Source: Chloroflexota bacterium
GTDB taxonomy: Bacteria; Chloroflexota; Anaerolineae; UBA4142
Length of the DNA stretch: 64,000 nt
Direction: 5' to 3'
Assembly (NCBI GenBank): GCA_037440625.1
Contig: JBBITT010000010.1
Span: forward strand, 15,696 to 79,695
Shown: piece by piece, positions 42,509-53,172 of the stretch
How positions within the stretch are numbered: the stretch's first letter is position 1
Layout of the letters: each line of letters begins with the position of its first letter
The notes under the pieces: generated by a model
The model's input: the letters and a program-made list of their open reading frames with translations, nothing else
What the model was told of the DNA's origin: nothing
The model's database searches: none
Translations under genes and position numbers: made by a program

Positions 42509-44371
42509 ATGGCAAAATTTACGCCGCGTCCCGAAATTCAAAAAATTCTCGATACCTTGCCGACGAACCCCGGCGTTTATCTGATGAAGGATGAACGCGA
42601 CACGGTCATTTACGTCGGCAAGGCGATCAACTTGCGCAACCGTGTGCGCTCGTACTTTCACGCGCCCTATGGTCAAGATGCCAAAGTGTGGCGACTCGTC
42701 GAACGGGTCCGCGACATCGAATTCATCATCACCGAATCGGAACTCGAAGCGCTCGTGCTCGAGTGCAACCTCATCAAAAAGTACAAGCCGCATTTCAACG
42801 TGCGGCTTAAGGACGATAAACGCTACCCGTACATCAAGGTAACCTGGCAGGAGCCGTTCCCCAAAGTGTACGTGACGCGGCGAATGGACAACGACGGCGC
42901 GCGTTATTTTGGTCCGTTCACGGCAGTGTGGGCGGTTCATCAAACGATGGACACGCTCCGTAAAATTTTTCCGTACCTCACCTGTGATCGCGAAATTACC
43001 GGCAAGGATCGGCGCGCCTGTTTGTACTACGACATCGGTTTGTGCATCGCGCCGTGCATTGGTGCCACAACGCGCGACGAATACCGTGCGATGATTGATC
43101 GGCTGTGCAAGTTCTTGCAAGGCAAGACCAACGAGGTTACAGAATCGTTGCGTGCGCGCCTCGACGAAGCGGTCAGCCAAATGGAATTTGAACGCGCCGC
43201 GCGGTATCGCGATCAATTGCAAGCCATCGCGCGCATCACCGAACATCAAAAAGTCGTCTCGCCGCTGATGATTGATCAGGATGTTATCGCCTTCGCGCGC
43301 GACGATGGCGAGGCGTGCGTCCAAGTCTTTTTTGTGCGCGGCGGCAAGTTGCTGGGGCGTGAGTATTTTGTCTTGGAAGGGACGGAAGGCGAAAACAGCG
43401 AGCAGGTCTTGGCATCGTTCGTCAAACAATTCTACGACGAAGCAGCGTACGTGCCGCCGGAAATCTTGTTGCCGGAAAATATTGACGAAGCCAAAGTGAT
43501 CGAAGAGTGGCTCAATCGTCAACGCGGGCAAAAAGTGTTGCTTCAAGTCCCGCGCAACGGGCAGAGCAAAGAATTGGTGCAAATGGCAGAAGAGAACGCG
43601 CGCGCCACCCTGACCAGTCTCAAAGCGCAATGGCTCGCCGATGAAACCAAACAAATGAACGCCGTTGCCGAATTGCAACAAGTGCTGGGGCTGCCCGATC
43701 CACCCTTGCGCATGGAATGCTATGACATTTCCAACACCCAAGGCACTAACTCGGTAGGGGCAATGGTGGTGTTTGAGCGCGGCGCGGCAAAGAAAAGTGA
43801 CTATCGCAAGTTCAAAATCAAAACGGTTGAAGGCGCGGATGATTACGCGAGTCTGCAAGAGGTGTTGCGCCGACGCTTCAAGCACCTTATCCAACCGAGT
43901 GAGTCACCCGCAGCGGTGGGTAGCCGCAAAGAAGAGTCGTGGCGACAAATGCCGGATCTGGTCATTATAGATGGCGGCAAAGGGCAGTTGAACGCCGCGC
44001 TCCACGTGCTGCGCGAGTTGGGTATCGAAGGGGTGAGCGTGATTGGGCTGGCGAAGCAAGAAGAAGAAATCTTTTTGCCGCAGCAAGTGGAATCGCTTCG
44101 GTTACCCAAGACGTCCGAGGCGCTCAAATTACTCCAACGCATCCGCGACGAAGCGCATCGCTTTGGCATCACGTATCATCGCCACTTGCGCGCCAAAAAA
44201 GGGCTCGCTTCGCAACTCGATGCGATTCCGGGCATTGGTCCACGTCGCCGCCGCGCGCTCCTCGCGCGGTTTGGTTCGCTCGAAAAGATTCGCGAAGCGT
44301 CGGTGGAAGAGTTGTTGACGGTGGAAGGGATGACGCGCGCGGCGGCGCAACGCTTAAAGGAACAACTTTGA
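42509..44371 (+). CDS. uvrC: Excinuclease ABC subunit C
   Basis: PGVY...YVGKA.NL, DDKRYPY, ECYDIS, IDGGKGQ, RDEAHRF and HhH domain. Confidence 0.97.
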   Translation: MAKFTPRPEIQKILDTLPTNPGVYLMKDERDTVIYVGKAINLRNRVRSYFHAPYGQDAKVWRLVERVRDIEFIITESELEALVLECNLIKKYKPHFNVRLKDDKRYPYIKVTWQEPFPKVYVTRRMDNDGARYFGPFTAVWAVHQTMDTLRKIFPYLTCDREITGKDRRACLYYDIGLCIAPCIGATTRDEYRAMIDRLCKFLQGKTNEVTESLRARLDEAVSQMEFERAARYRDQLQAIARITEHQKVVSPLMIDQDVIAFARDDGEACVQVFFVRGGKLLGREYFVLEGTEGENSEQVLASFVKQFYDEAAYVPPEILLPENIDEAKVIEEWLNRQRGQKVLLQVPRNGQSKELVQMAEENARATLTSLKAQWLADETKQMNAVAELQQVLGLPDPPLRMECYDISNTQGTNSVGAMVVFERGAAKKSDYRKFKIKTVEGADDYASLQEVLRRRFKHLIQPSESPAAVGSRKEESWRQMPDLVIIDGGKGQLNAALHVLRELGIEGVSVIGLAKQEEEIFLPQQVESLRLPKTSEALKLLQRIRDEAHRFGITYHRHLRAKKGLASQLDAIPGIGPRRRRALLARFGSLEKIREASVEELLTVEGMTRAAAQRLKEQL

Positions 44372-46071
44372 CAATCCTCGAACGCTTGCATCTGGTTCCT
44401 ATCTTCAATAAACTCAAAGAAGATGATCTCGCTCTGCTTGAGCGGTTGGTCAAGCGGGTGCGTTATTATCGTGACGCGCCCGTTGGTCAGCAGGGTGACA
44501 TTGGTATTGCACTGTACATCATTGAGAGCGGGGCTGTCCAAGTTGTGCACATGGATTCGCGCGGCAAGCAACGCACGCTAGAGGTCAAACGCGAAGGCGA
44601 TTTTTTTGGTGAGACGGCGTTGCTCTTTGGCGAGCCGTTTCAGACCAGTTTTGTGGCAGAGGAAGATTCCGATCTCCTCGTTATTCGCCGCGACGAGTTC
44701 CACGAGTTGATGTTGCAACATCCCGACTTGTACCAGCGTTTTTTGGAAGGTTTGCCACCGGCATATCAAGCCCGGCTTCGCCAACCCCGGTTCAATTGGC
44801 TGATGGATGGCGAATTGGTCATCCTGCACGCGCGCAAACATTGGTGGGCGTTCGTGCGCGAACTACCTGCCGCCATTGGGGTGATCGTCGGCGCGCTCGT
44901 CCTAGCGATTGTGGTGATGGCTTTTGCTCCCAACGATCTCCTCAAAATTCTGGTTTGGGCCATTGCTTTGCTGAGCGTGAGTTTGACCCTCTTGTATCAA
45001 ACGATTGATTGGCGCAACGACGATTACCTCGTAACGAATCGGCGGGTGATTCACATCGAGCGGGTCTTGCTGGTGCGCGTGGAAAGACGCGAGGCAACGA
45101 TTGACAAGGTGCAAAATGTCGAGATCAAACAACCGACGCTTTTGCAAAAAATCATTGGGGTGAGCGATGTGTTGATTAGCACGGCGGCGGTGCATGGCAC
45201 GATTACCTTTGCCACCGTCGCCAATGGCGCGGCAATTCGCAACGCGATCTTTGAGCAAATGCAACGCGCTCAAGCGCAACGCATGTTCGAATCGCGGGGT
45301 AAACTGAAAGAAGAGATTCGTGCCGAACTTGAACGCGGAACCAAACCGATCGTGGTGCGCCCACCGACCGCTACCCCCTTGGCGCCTAAAACGGTTGCGC
45401 CGCCGCGCGTGCCCCTTGGGCGTGCCATTGCTGATCGCTTTTCGCCACGCGTGGTATTCGGCAATACGATCACTTGGCGCAAACATTGGATTGCCTTGTT
45501 CCTACAGGCGTGGAAACCCTCGGTGGGAATCTTGGTCGGATTGATCAGCCTCTTGCTCACTGCCGTTGGAATTTTTCCCTCGATCACCGTTGTTCTTTTG
45601 GGTGTTATCCTATTGTTCTTTATCGGCTGGTTCGCTTGGGAATTCATTGATTGGAGCAACGATATTTATCAGGTGACTCCCGACCGCATCGTGGATGTTG
45701 AACGTAATCCCCTGGGAGTCATTCAGCATTCATTGGAAGCCCCGCTGGCACAAGTGCAGAACGTAACCTATCGTCAACCCAATGTGTTCGCGGTGTTGCT
45801 GGGAATCGGCGATGTGTTGATTGAGACGGCGGGGCAGACCGGGCAGATGATTTTTTATTGGATGTCGCCGCCCGCCCAAGTGGCGAATGAGATTTTGCAA
45901 GCGGTGGAGCGCGTGCGGGAACGCCAACGGATGGCGCAACGGGCTGCCCAGCGTGCCGATATGTTTGAATGGTTGAGTGCCTATCACAGTTATCTGGAAG
46001 AATCCGAACGTTTGCGTCACGCGGAATCTTCTTCGCCGGAAGATACCGATGATCCGTGGAGCCAGCCCTAA
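44368..46071 (+). CDS. Cyclic-nucleotide-binding domain fused to two TM-pair/bacterial PH-like units
   Basis: QGD.G..LYII.SG and GDFFGETAL; two repeats of RKHW...DW.ND.Y..T..R.....VQNV; TTG start overlaps the uvrC stop. Confidence 0.8.
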   Translation: MTILERLHLVPIFNKLKEDDLALLERLVKRVRYYRDAPVGQQGDIGIALYIIESGAVQVVHMDSRGKQRTLEVKREGDFFGETALLFGEPFQTSFVAEEDSDLLVIRRDEFHELMLQHPDLYQRFLEGLPPAYQARLRQPRFNWLMDGELVILHARKHWWAFVRELPAAIGVIVGALVLAIVVMAFAPNDLLKILVWAIALLSVSLTLLYQTIDWRNDDYLVTNRRVIHIERVLLVRVERREATIDKVQNVEIKQPTLLQKIIGVSDVLISTAAVHGTITFATVANGAAIRNAIFEQMQRAQAQRMFESRGKLKEEIRAELERGTKPIVVRPPTATPLAPKTVAPPRVPLGRAIADRFSPRVVFGNTITWRKHWIALFLQAWKPSVGILVGLISLLLTAVGIFPSITVVLLGVILLFFIGWFAWEFIDWSNDIYQVTPDRIVDVERNPLGVIQHSLEAPLAQVQNVTYRQPNVFAVLLGIGDVLIETAGQTGQMIFYWMSPPAQVANEILQAVERVRERQRMAQRAAQRADMFEWLSAYHSYLEESERLRHAESSSPEDTDDPWSQP

Positions 46072-46117
46072 GTTGGTTGTCCATCAAACATAGATGTTGA
46101 CTTTTCTTTCTCGGAGC

Positions 46118-47455
46118 ATGCGCCTACTCAAGCGACATGAACTTGGGTGGCTGCCGTTACGTTCCGGTGCCATCCGGGTAACTACACGACAATGGATGCC
46201 ATTTGTCCTCGCGCTCGTGTTCGGGGTTTTGGCGTACCAGACCGGGCGCGAACTTTTTTTTCGTTTGTTGTATCTCATCATCCTCATCGAACTCGTTTCG
46301 TTTTTTTGGACGGCGTACAACCTGAGCACGTTTCGACTGGAACGAAGGTGTATGACCCCGCGCACTCATGTGGGCAAAGTTGCCGAGGAACGCTTTTTGG
46401 TTCAGAATACGGGCCGCCTGACCAAAGTTTGGGTGGAGGTGCGCGACGAATCTGAAATGCCCGCGCACCGAGCGAGCCGGGTCTTGAGTGCGCTGGGTTC
46501 CAAGGTGCGATGGAGTTGGAACGTGCGCACCGTTTGTCGCCGGCGTGGACGTTTTCGCTTGGGACCGATCACGGTGCTGATGGGCGATCCGTTTGGCTTG
46601 TTCGTGTTTCAACGACGAATGCCGAACACCACGGCGATGATCACGGTCTACCCCACCACCATTGACTTGCTCACCTTTGCGCCGGCGTTAGGGCAAATGC
46701 CGGGCGGTGAAGCATTACAACGGCGAACGCATCACATCACCACCAACGTTGCCGGCACACGCGAGTACGTTCCCGGCGATTCGTTCAATCGGATTCATTG
46801 GCTCTCCAGCGCGCGAATGGATCGCCTCATCGTCAAAGAATTCGAATTGGATCCCAGTGCAGACGTGTGGGTGTATCTCGATATGGAGCGTGATGTGCAA
46901 GCGAGTGCGTGGTACGAAGAGGCGTGGCTCGCGCGCGATCTATCGTCCTTATGGATGAGTCGTCAAGCGCAGACTATTCAATTGCCGCCCAGCACCGAAG
47001 AGTACGGCGTTACGATTGCCGCCTCTATCGCCAAATATTTTTTGCGCAAACAACGCGCGCTGGGTTTTGTTGCCTACGGTCACGAACGCGAAATTATCCA
47101 ACCCGATCGTGGCGAGCGGCAATTGAATCGCTTGCTCGAGGTGTTATCTGTGTTACGCGCCGAAGGCAAACTGGCTTTTAGTACCGTCCTTGCGCACGAA
47201 GCCACCAAGTTGGGCCGCAATAATACGCTCGTGGCGGTTACGCCCTCGGCAGAACTTGATTGGGTCAGATCGTTGCGTGAAATCAAACGGCGAGGTTTGC
47301 GGGTGATCGCTGTGGTGGTGGACGCGAAAACGTTTGGCGGGATTGGCAATGCCGAGCGTTCCGCCGCCGAGTTGTTGGCAAGTGGAATTCCAACCTACCT
47401 CGTTCGGCAAGGGGATGATCTGCAAATGGTGTTGGGCAGACAAGCGATCCAGTGA
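46118..47455 (+). CDS. DUF58 domain protein (start uncertain)
   Basis: RRGRF.LGP, DPFGLF and REYVPGD..NRIHW..SAR...VKEFE. Confidence 0.88.
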   Translation: MRLLKRHELGWLPLRSGAIRVTTRQWMPFVLALVFGVLAYQTGRELFFRLLYLIILIELVSFFWTAYNLSTFRLERRCMTPRTHVGKVAEERFLVQNTGRLTKVWVEVRDESEMPAHRASRVLSALGSKVRWSWNVRTVCRRRGRFRLGPITVLMGDPFGLFVFQRRMPNTTAMITVYPTTIDLLTFAPALGQMPGGEALQRRTHHITTNVAGTREYVPGDSFNRIHWLSSARMDRLIVKEFELDPSADVWVYLDMERDVQASAWYEEAWLARDLSSLWMSRQAQTIQLPPSTEEYGVTIAASIAKYFLRKQRALGFVAYGHEREIIQPDRGERQLNRLLEVLSVLRAEGKLAFSTVLAHEATKLGRNNTLVAVTPSAELDWVRSLREIKRRGLRVIAVVVDAKTFGGIGNAERSAAELLASGIPTYLVRQGDDLQMVLGRQAIQ

Positions 47456-47579
47456 TCGCAGCGACTGTTCACCAAGAGTCGGCGGACAAGAATCGAAAAA
47501 TAATTGGTGCGATCTGCGCGATGGAGTGGCGGACGCCTGATTATTGAGCGGGAAAAATCTAGTACGACGAAAGGACAAG

Positions 47580-48179
47580 ATGTCAGAATTATCGGACAAT
47601 CAAATGCAAGAGATCGTTCAGGCGATCGCGCGGATTCGTCAGCAATGGGCAGGCGTAATCGGCGCCGTGGTTGCCGCATGCGAGGGGGATGCGCAAGCCC
47701 TGGCACAACTCACGCCGTTTTTGAACGATATGGAACAGCGCCCGGATTGGGCGACGCTGGTTTCGTGTTTCCGTCGCATCTTGGCGGGCGAACGTGATCC
47801 CCAAGCGTTGCTTGCCAACTTGGATGATACAGACATGCTGATCGTTAGCGATACCTTGCGCGCCTTGGGGGTTGATGCGCGCGCGTTGCCCAAGTTGCCC
47901 GGCGATGAACCGGGCGACGATGGCGAGATGGTCTCGTTGGAAGATTTCTTCCAGATGGTAACCGATGCGTGTCAACCCAATGCCCCTGCCGGGATGCGTG
48001 AGCAAATGTTGAATGCGACGCAAGGGATGGCGCTCCAGCCCGATTCCCCGCCCGAGTTGCGCGAACTGGGACGGGTCTTGACTCAGATTCTCGCGGGTAA
48101 CCGCAATCCGGATTTGCTCACGTTGCATCCGCAGTTGATTGGACGGGTGCGGCAGATGTTGGATGAGTTGAAGACGTAA
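47580..48179 (+). CDS. Hypothetical protein with two internal helical repeats
   Basis: AAGGA RBS; repeats ending RILAGERDP and QILAGNRNP. Confidence 0.75.
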   Translation: MSELSDNQMQEIVQAIARIRQQWAGVIGAVVAACEGDAQALAQLTPFLNDMEQRPDWATLVSCFRRILAGERDPQALLANLDDTDMLIVSDTLRALGVDARALPKLPGDEPGDDGEMVSLEDFFQMVTDACQPNAPAGMREQMLNATQGMALQPDSPPELRELGRVLTQILAGNRNPDLLTLHPQLIGRVRQMLDELKT

Positions 48180-48196
48180 GACAACAGACAACAGAC

Positions 48197-50512
48197 TCAC
48201 AACAATTCCAACTGCGTTCCCTGTTCCAAACTCGGCGGCTCTAGGCCGGTGATGAAAACCAAATCGTGGCGTTCGATCGTTTCCTGACTAAGCAAGCGTT
48301 CCACAAAAGGCCTGCGCACAAAATTCCAGCCGGCTTCATAGAACGCATCGGCAAGGTGAGGCAAGCGGCGCGTCTTTTCTTGCATCAACCCCACGATATT
48401 TTCCGGCACAATGATGTACCCGTGCGCGGGTGCCATCTGTATTTCGATAAGGTCGGTAAAGTGTGCGCGTTCACGCCAGATGAACGCGTGCGCGATTTCT
48501 CCCTCCGCTTGCCAAACCAGATCGAAAGCACGGATAGAATTTGAATCTTGCGCGTTCAAATTTGCTTGAAACCCTAGCCGTTCGCCTAGCGTGGTCAACG
48601 CCGCAATGGCGCGCGATTTGGCATTGACGTCCAAGCGTTCGTTTGCCGCCGCGCATAATTCGATCAGTCCGGCTTCCGGCGTGAGATCGCCGGGAAATTG
48701 ACGATAGATGGCGTCTTGCAATTCTTCGTCTGAGATTGAACCGCGTTCTAGTATTGCACGTACCGCATCGTCCACGCGCTCAATCAACGGCGCGCCGAGT
48801 TTGGTCCGCCGCAACCACACGAATTGCGTTGGCGTTTCGTAATGATCGAAATCTTCGGCATAGCCCGCGCTCAAGCCAGTAACCACGGCTTGATGAATGA
48901 ATCTGCCCGGCGGTGTTTTCAATTTGGCTTCCCAAACTTGGGTGAGCCATCCATCGCGCGCAAGACGAGTGTAGGCGGCGTGATGCACCCAGGTGTATGC
49001 CAGTGCTTCACCACGCCGGGCTAGAATTTCTTTGCCGGCATCCAACGCGGCGTTGCGAATATTTTTTTCCAACTGACCGATGTTCACGCTGGGCGCAGGT
49101 CGCCACAGCGCGCGCGCCTCATCGCTGGGGAGTTCCGACTCCAACGATTCCGCGGGCGCGGAGCGAAGCGTTCCGTTTTTACGAAACGCTATTCGATAAC
49201 TGCCGCGCAAATCGCCAAACTCACTGTGTGCGGCATCGCCTACGCTCGGTTGAAACAAAAACGATTCCAAATCCAAACGTGCGTTCGCACTTGTCAGCAA
49301 CAATGTTTCAATCGCAAGATGATGCGATTCGTTGAACGCAAAGACGGCGCGCGCATCGCTCCGCATCAAAGGATGCATGGCTTTGAACGATTCGTCGAGC
49401 CGTTCGGCATAGTGGCGCAATTCCCAGAGCATATCTTTTTGTGGATCGAGCAAGGATACCAGAGGTTGTGCGACTGGGCGTCCCAGCGTCCACGCACACC
49501 ACATGTACGAGAGAGCGAGGATACCCAATCGTCGGGTGGGTTGCGAGGATAACACCAGTGCCACCGATTGAGGCGGTATCTCGTGGGCGAGCGCGGCGAG
49601 GTTGCCCCGTCCCACAAATACGCGCGGCGAATCTGCATTGACAACATCGGCGATGGATTCGGAAAGTGGGAGCGATGGCGTGGCTGTGCCGAGCGCGCGG
49701 GCGGCAATTTCGATTTCGTGCCAGAGATTGAATTCAATGAATTGAGGATGTGTTTTGAGTCGCGCGCCAGACTCGGGCGATGCGTAGAACGCGGTGCCGC
49801 GATCCAGGAGATGCAAAAGGAGTAAGAGCAGGATATTGAATTCACGCGCTTGGCGGAACAACAAGTCAATTTTCTGCGTCAAAGTAACGAGCGCGTACAG
49901 ATTGCGCGGCGTATACACGTCGAGGATTTTGTGGATGCGGTCGGCATACCTTCCTTCGGCGGGCACCACGCGCTCAAAGGCGATGTGATAATGCAAACCG
50001 CGCGCATCGAATGCTTGCGCACGTTGGGCATCGTCTTCGGTTGCCTCATCATCGCGCGTTGCACCGCAATGCCCGCAGGTGTAATGCCGGCGGAGGAGTG
50101 CGCCGCTCCGCGCGCGCACGAAATAATCGGCGGGCGTGAGCTTGCCGCACGCGGTGCACGTGGTAGCATAGAGTTGTGTTAGGTGCGCGCGGAGCGGCGC
50201 TTCGTCTTTTTTGGCATCGCCCAGTTTGGTGAGCGCGGCGTTGATTTCGTTTTCGCCCGGCAAGGTGAGCATTGTGCGTGCCAGCCAAGCCCATAACGGA
50301 TGCGTTTCGATGACAATCGCGCGGCGTCCTAGCGCGTGTGCGGCGTACGCCACGTTCGGCATTGCACCAAATGGATCGAGCACAAGATCGTTTGGTGCGG
50401 TTAGTGCTTCGATATATTTTTGAGCGACGCTGATCGCTGGCGCGCGCAGAAAACTTGACGGATACCAGCGGGGCGGGTCGCGATCGGGGATGAAATAGTT
50501 GGGTGCCTCCAT
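48197..50512 (-). CDS. Degenerate adenine DNA methylase-like protein with Zn ribbon
   Basis: LVLDPF....ALGRRA..E.HP, CTAC/CGHC and YTPRNL; catalytic motifs eroded; start 50512 or 50530. Confidence 0.65.
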   Translation of the reverse strand: MEAPNYFIPDRDPPRWYPSSFLRAPAISVAQKYIEALTAPNDLVLDPFGAMPNVAYAAHALGRRAIVIETHPLWAWLARTMLTLPGENEINAALTKLGDAKKDEAPLRAHLTQLYATTCTACGKLTPADYFVRARSGALLRRHYTCGHCGATRDDEATEDDAQRAQAFDARGLHYHIAFERVVPAEGRYADRIHKILDVYTPRNLYALVTLTQKIDLLFRQAREFNILLLLLLHLLDRGTAFYASPESGARLKTHPQFIEFNLWHEIEIAARALGTATPSLPLSESIADVVNADSPRVFVGRGNLAALAHEIPPQSVALVLSSQPTRRLGILALSYMWCAWTLGRPVAQPLVSLLDPQKDMLWELRHYAERLDESFKAMHPLMRSDARAVFAFNESHHLAIETLLLTSANARLDLESFLFQPSVGDAAHSEFGDLRGSYRIAFRKNGTLRSAPAESLESELPSDEARALWRPAPSVNIGQLEKNIRNAALDAGKEILARRGEALAYTWVHHAAYTRLARDGWLTQVWEAKLKTPPGRFIHQAVVTGLSAGYAEDFDHYETPTQFVWLRRTKLGAPLIERVDDAVRAILERGSISDEELQDAIYRQFPGDLTPEAGLIELCAAANERLDVNAKSRAIAALTTLGERLGFQANLNAQDSNSIRAFDLVWQAEGEIAHAFIWRERAHFTDLIEIQMAPAHGYIIVPENIVGLMQEKTRRLPHLADAFYEAGWNFVRRPFVERLLSQETIERHDLVFITGLEPPSLEQGTQLELL

Positions 50513-50620
50513 CGCGTCCAAGTATAACATAGATGAAATGGGGGGGCAATGCGTCTTGCAATTCTTTCCCGATTCGATATAATGAATGCGACTGTGTTCC
50601 GCAGTCTTTAAGGAGGATGC

Positions 50621-51661
50621 GTGAAATTTCGCTTGATTGTGTCTGGCTTGATGCTTGTTCTCACACTAGGATTGAGCGCGTGTGGCGAGAATGCGCCGGT
50701 GCAACCCAGTCCTACCGTTGTCTTGCCAGAAGCGACGCCACTCCCCGCCTCGTCGTCTAGTGCGGCGATCCAAGTGGGGACGCCGGCACCAGCGGCGACA
50801 ACGGCGTCGAGTGCATCGTTGCCGAAAGGTGCGTTGACTTGCCCAGTGCCCGCGCCGCTGCCGGCAAATGCCCAACTCGCCGCGCGCGTAAACGGTGTGG
50901 GTATCTCGCTCGATCTGTACAATCGCCAGGTGGCACAAGCCCAGGATGCGATGATCAAGAATTTTGGCACGGATCCCAAATCGGCACAGGGGCAAGAGAC
51001 GATTAAATCGCTCAAACAACAAGTGCTCGATCAACTCATCAACGATGTCATCATCGCGCAGTATGCCGATTCACGTAAAATCAAAGTTACCGAAGATGAT
51101 CTCAACGCGCGCCTCGCGCAAATGATTCAGGATGCCGGCAGCGTGGACAAACTCAACGAATATATGAGCAAGAATCAGTTGACGCTGGCTGATTTGTGTG
51201 CGCTCGTGCGCAATCAATTGCTGGGCGAAGCGGTGTTGAATGACGTTACCGCGCCGATTCCCACGCAGGGTGAGCAAGTGCATGCGCGACACATCTTGGT
51301 GGATACGCCGGCGTTGGCGGCGACTCTGCGCGACCGCGCACGCAGAGGCGAGGATTTTGCCGCGCTTGCCAAACAGTACTCGAAAGACGAGACGAGCAAG
51401 GCGAACGGCGGCGATCTGGGTTGGGTGCCGCGCGGTGTGCTCGATCCGCGTCTCGAAGCGGTGATCTTTGAATTGCCGGTCAATCAAGTAAGCGATGTGG
51501 TCACGACCCAGTTTGGCTATCATATTGCCCAAGTTCTCGAAAAAGAAAAAGCGCGCCCACTGCCTCCCGAAGTGATTCAAAATGTTCGCCAAGACGCGTT
51601 TCTCAAATGGTTGAGCGCGATGCGTGAAACGATCAAGATTGAGCGGTTTGTACAACCATAG
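50621..51661 (+). CDS. SurA/PrsA-like parvulin PPIase lipoprotein
   Basis: Lipobox LSAC, ARVNG, HARHILV, FAALAKQYS.D, GGDLGW and FGYHI. Confidence 0.9.
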   Translation: MKFRLIVSGLMLVLTLGLSACGENAPVQPSPTVVLPEATPLPASSSSAAIQVGTPAPAATTASSASLPKGALTCPVPAPLPANAQLAARVNGVGISLDLYNRQVAQAQDAMIKNFGTDPKSAQGQETIKSLKQQVLDQLINDVIIAQYADSRKIKVTEDDLNARLAQMIQDAGSVDKLNEYMSKNQLTLADLCALVRNQLLGEAVLNDVTAPIPTQGEQVHARHILVDTPALAATLRDRARRGEDFAALAKQYSKDETSKANGGDLGWVPRGVLDPRLEAVIFELPVNQVSDVVTTQFGYHIAQVLEKEKARPLPPEVIQNVRQDAFLKWLSAMRETIKIERFVQP

Positions 51662-51784
51662 CGTTGCGATTCAATGAGCAAAATCTACTCCACTCACCAC
51701 GCTAGAGCCAAATTGGCTTTGCTTCAGCCCCGGTCGGAGGAAGCGCTATGAAACTGAATTATAATCGAACCGATAAAGGAAACT

Positions 51785-53134
51785 GTGATTCGTTCACGCC
51801 ATAGCCGAAATCGCCCAAGTCGCATTGCTCCCTTATTCTTTTTTCTGGGCGGTTGTCTGTTGCTCACGCTGGCATTGATAGTGCTGGGCGCGTTCTGGTT
51901 TTTGCGTGGTAACCCGACCGATGTCTCGGTCTGGCAACCCCCGCTTGAGTTGGTTGATCCGCGTGCGCTTGCGCCAGGCACCCTCATCTTGCCGCTCACC
52001 GAAATGAGTTCCGCCGATGTATTGAGCGCATCGCTGGATCAAGCGCATCTGGAGAATGCGTACGCGTTGCTGGCGTACGATCCCGATTTGCCGGACGCCG
52101 CGCGCATTGGTGCGTTGTTGCAATTAGGTACGCGTTATACGACCGCGAAAGATACGCGCAAAGCATCGGTGTGCTATCAAGCCGCTGCACTCTTGGCAAC
52201 ATTGAGTCCAGCGCTCTCCGATGTAACCCGGCTCGATACCTACCAACAAGCGAGCGCGGGGTTGCGTGCTATCGGTGCCGATCAAGCGGCACGCTGGGTA
52301 ACCGATCAATCGTATCTCGTTACGCAGCACTCACCCAACTTGTCGCGCGATGTGCGCATGCGTCGTTTGAATCAAATTGCAGAGGCGTATGCGGCGATGG
52401 GTGCCAATTCGCTGGCGGCGCAGGCACGCACCAAAGCCACCGATCTGGCGGGGACATCGAACGAGGTGCCCACCATCGTCGCGCGTCCAGTGTTTAATCC
52501 GACGTTGGGCAAATTGCCGGCTTCATTCCAAGTGGACGCCGCTCAAAAACTGCGCTTTGCCGCCGCCCAGCAACTTGCCGATGATTTGAAAGACGCCAAA
52601 CCCGGCGCGGTATGGCCCTCCGATTCACTCGCGCAGTTGGCTGATGCGTTACTCGCCGAAGACGAGGCGCGTCAAGCGTACTATGATCAACAACTGGTGA
52701 CGCAGGACCCTGCTATTCAGATCGCACTCTGGAATGATCAAGTGCATTGGCTTGCTTTGAAGAATCGCGTGGCGCGCGGCGCGTTTGGCAAAGACCTTGT
52801 GCCGGAATGGAGCAAGAATAAATCAGCGCTTGCAGACGCGTGGCATCAAGCGTGGGAGCATTATTTTCGATTGGCTGAAGCGCAGGCAGGTGCTACCAGA
52901 TCCCAGGACCCCAACTTGGCAACCGAGTTTGTGTTGCGTCAAGAATTGATGGTGATTCGTTGGGGCTGGTCGGTGGCGAGCGAGGAGGACGTTCGGAATT
53001 TGTTAGATGGCGTCAACCAATCGTTGAAATCGCCGTTCTTGATTTTGGATGCGATCACGCGCAATGGCAAACTTGATTATGTGCTTGTGCCGGCACAACT
53101 GTACGGGCAGGGCGAACAAGCACTGCCCAAGTAA
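51785..53134 (+). CDS. Membrane-anchored all-helical hypothetical protein
   Basis: N-terminal TM and Ala/Leu/Gln-rich helical body; AAGGA RBS before GTG. Confidence 0.75.
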   Translation: MIRSRHSRNRPSRIAPLFFFLGGCLLLTLALIVLGAFWFLRGNPTDVSVWQPPLELVDPRALAPGTLILPLTEMSSADVLSASLDQAHLENAYALLAYDPDLPDAARIGALLQLGTRYTTAKDTRKASVCYQAAALLATLSPALSDVTRLDTYQQASAGLRAIGADQAARWVTDQSYLVTQHSPNLSRDVRMRRLNQIAEAYAAMGANSLAAQARTKATDLAGTSNEVPTIVARPVFNPTLGKLPASFQVDAAQKLRFAAAQQLADDLKDAKPGAVWPSDSLAQLADALLAEDEARQAYYDQQLVTQDPAIQIALWNDQVHWLALKNRVARGAFGKDLVPEWSKNKSALADAWHQAWEHYFRLAEAQAGATRSQDPNLATEFVLRQELMVIRWGWSVASEEDVRNLLDGVNQSLKSPFLILDAITRNGKLDYVLVPAQLYGQGEQALPK

Positions 53135-53172
53135 AGTTGGCATCAACACGCCATCTGCGATGGGAGTGGGCT

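Noticed and set aside
43939-44367. 143-aa N-terminal extension of the 710-aa ORF overlapping uvrC
   Set aside because: Arg-rich off-frame read of uvrC; the real domain starts at TTG 44368.
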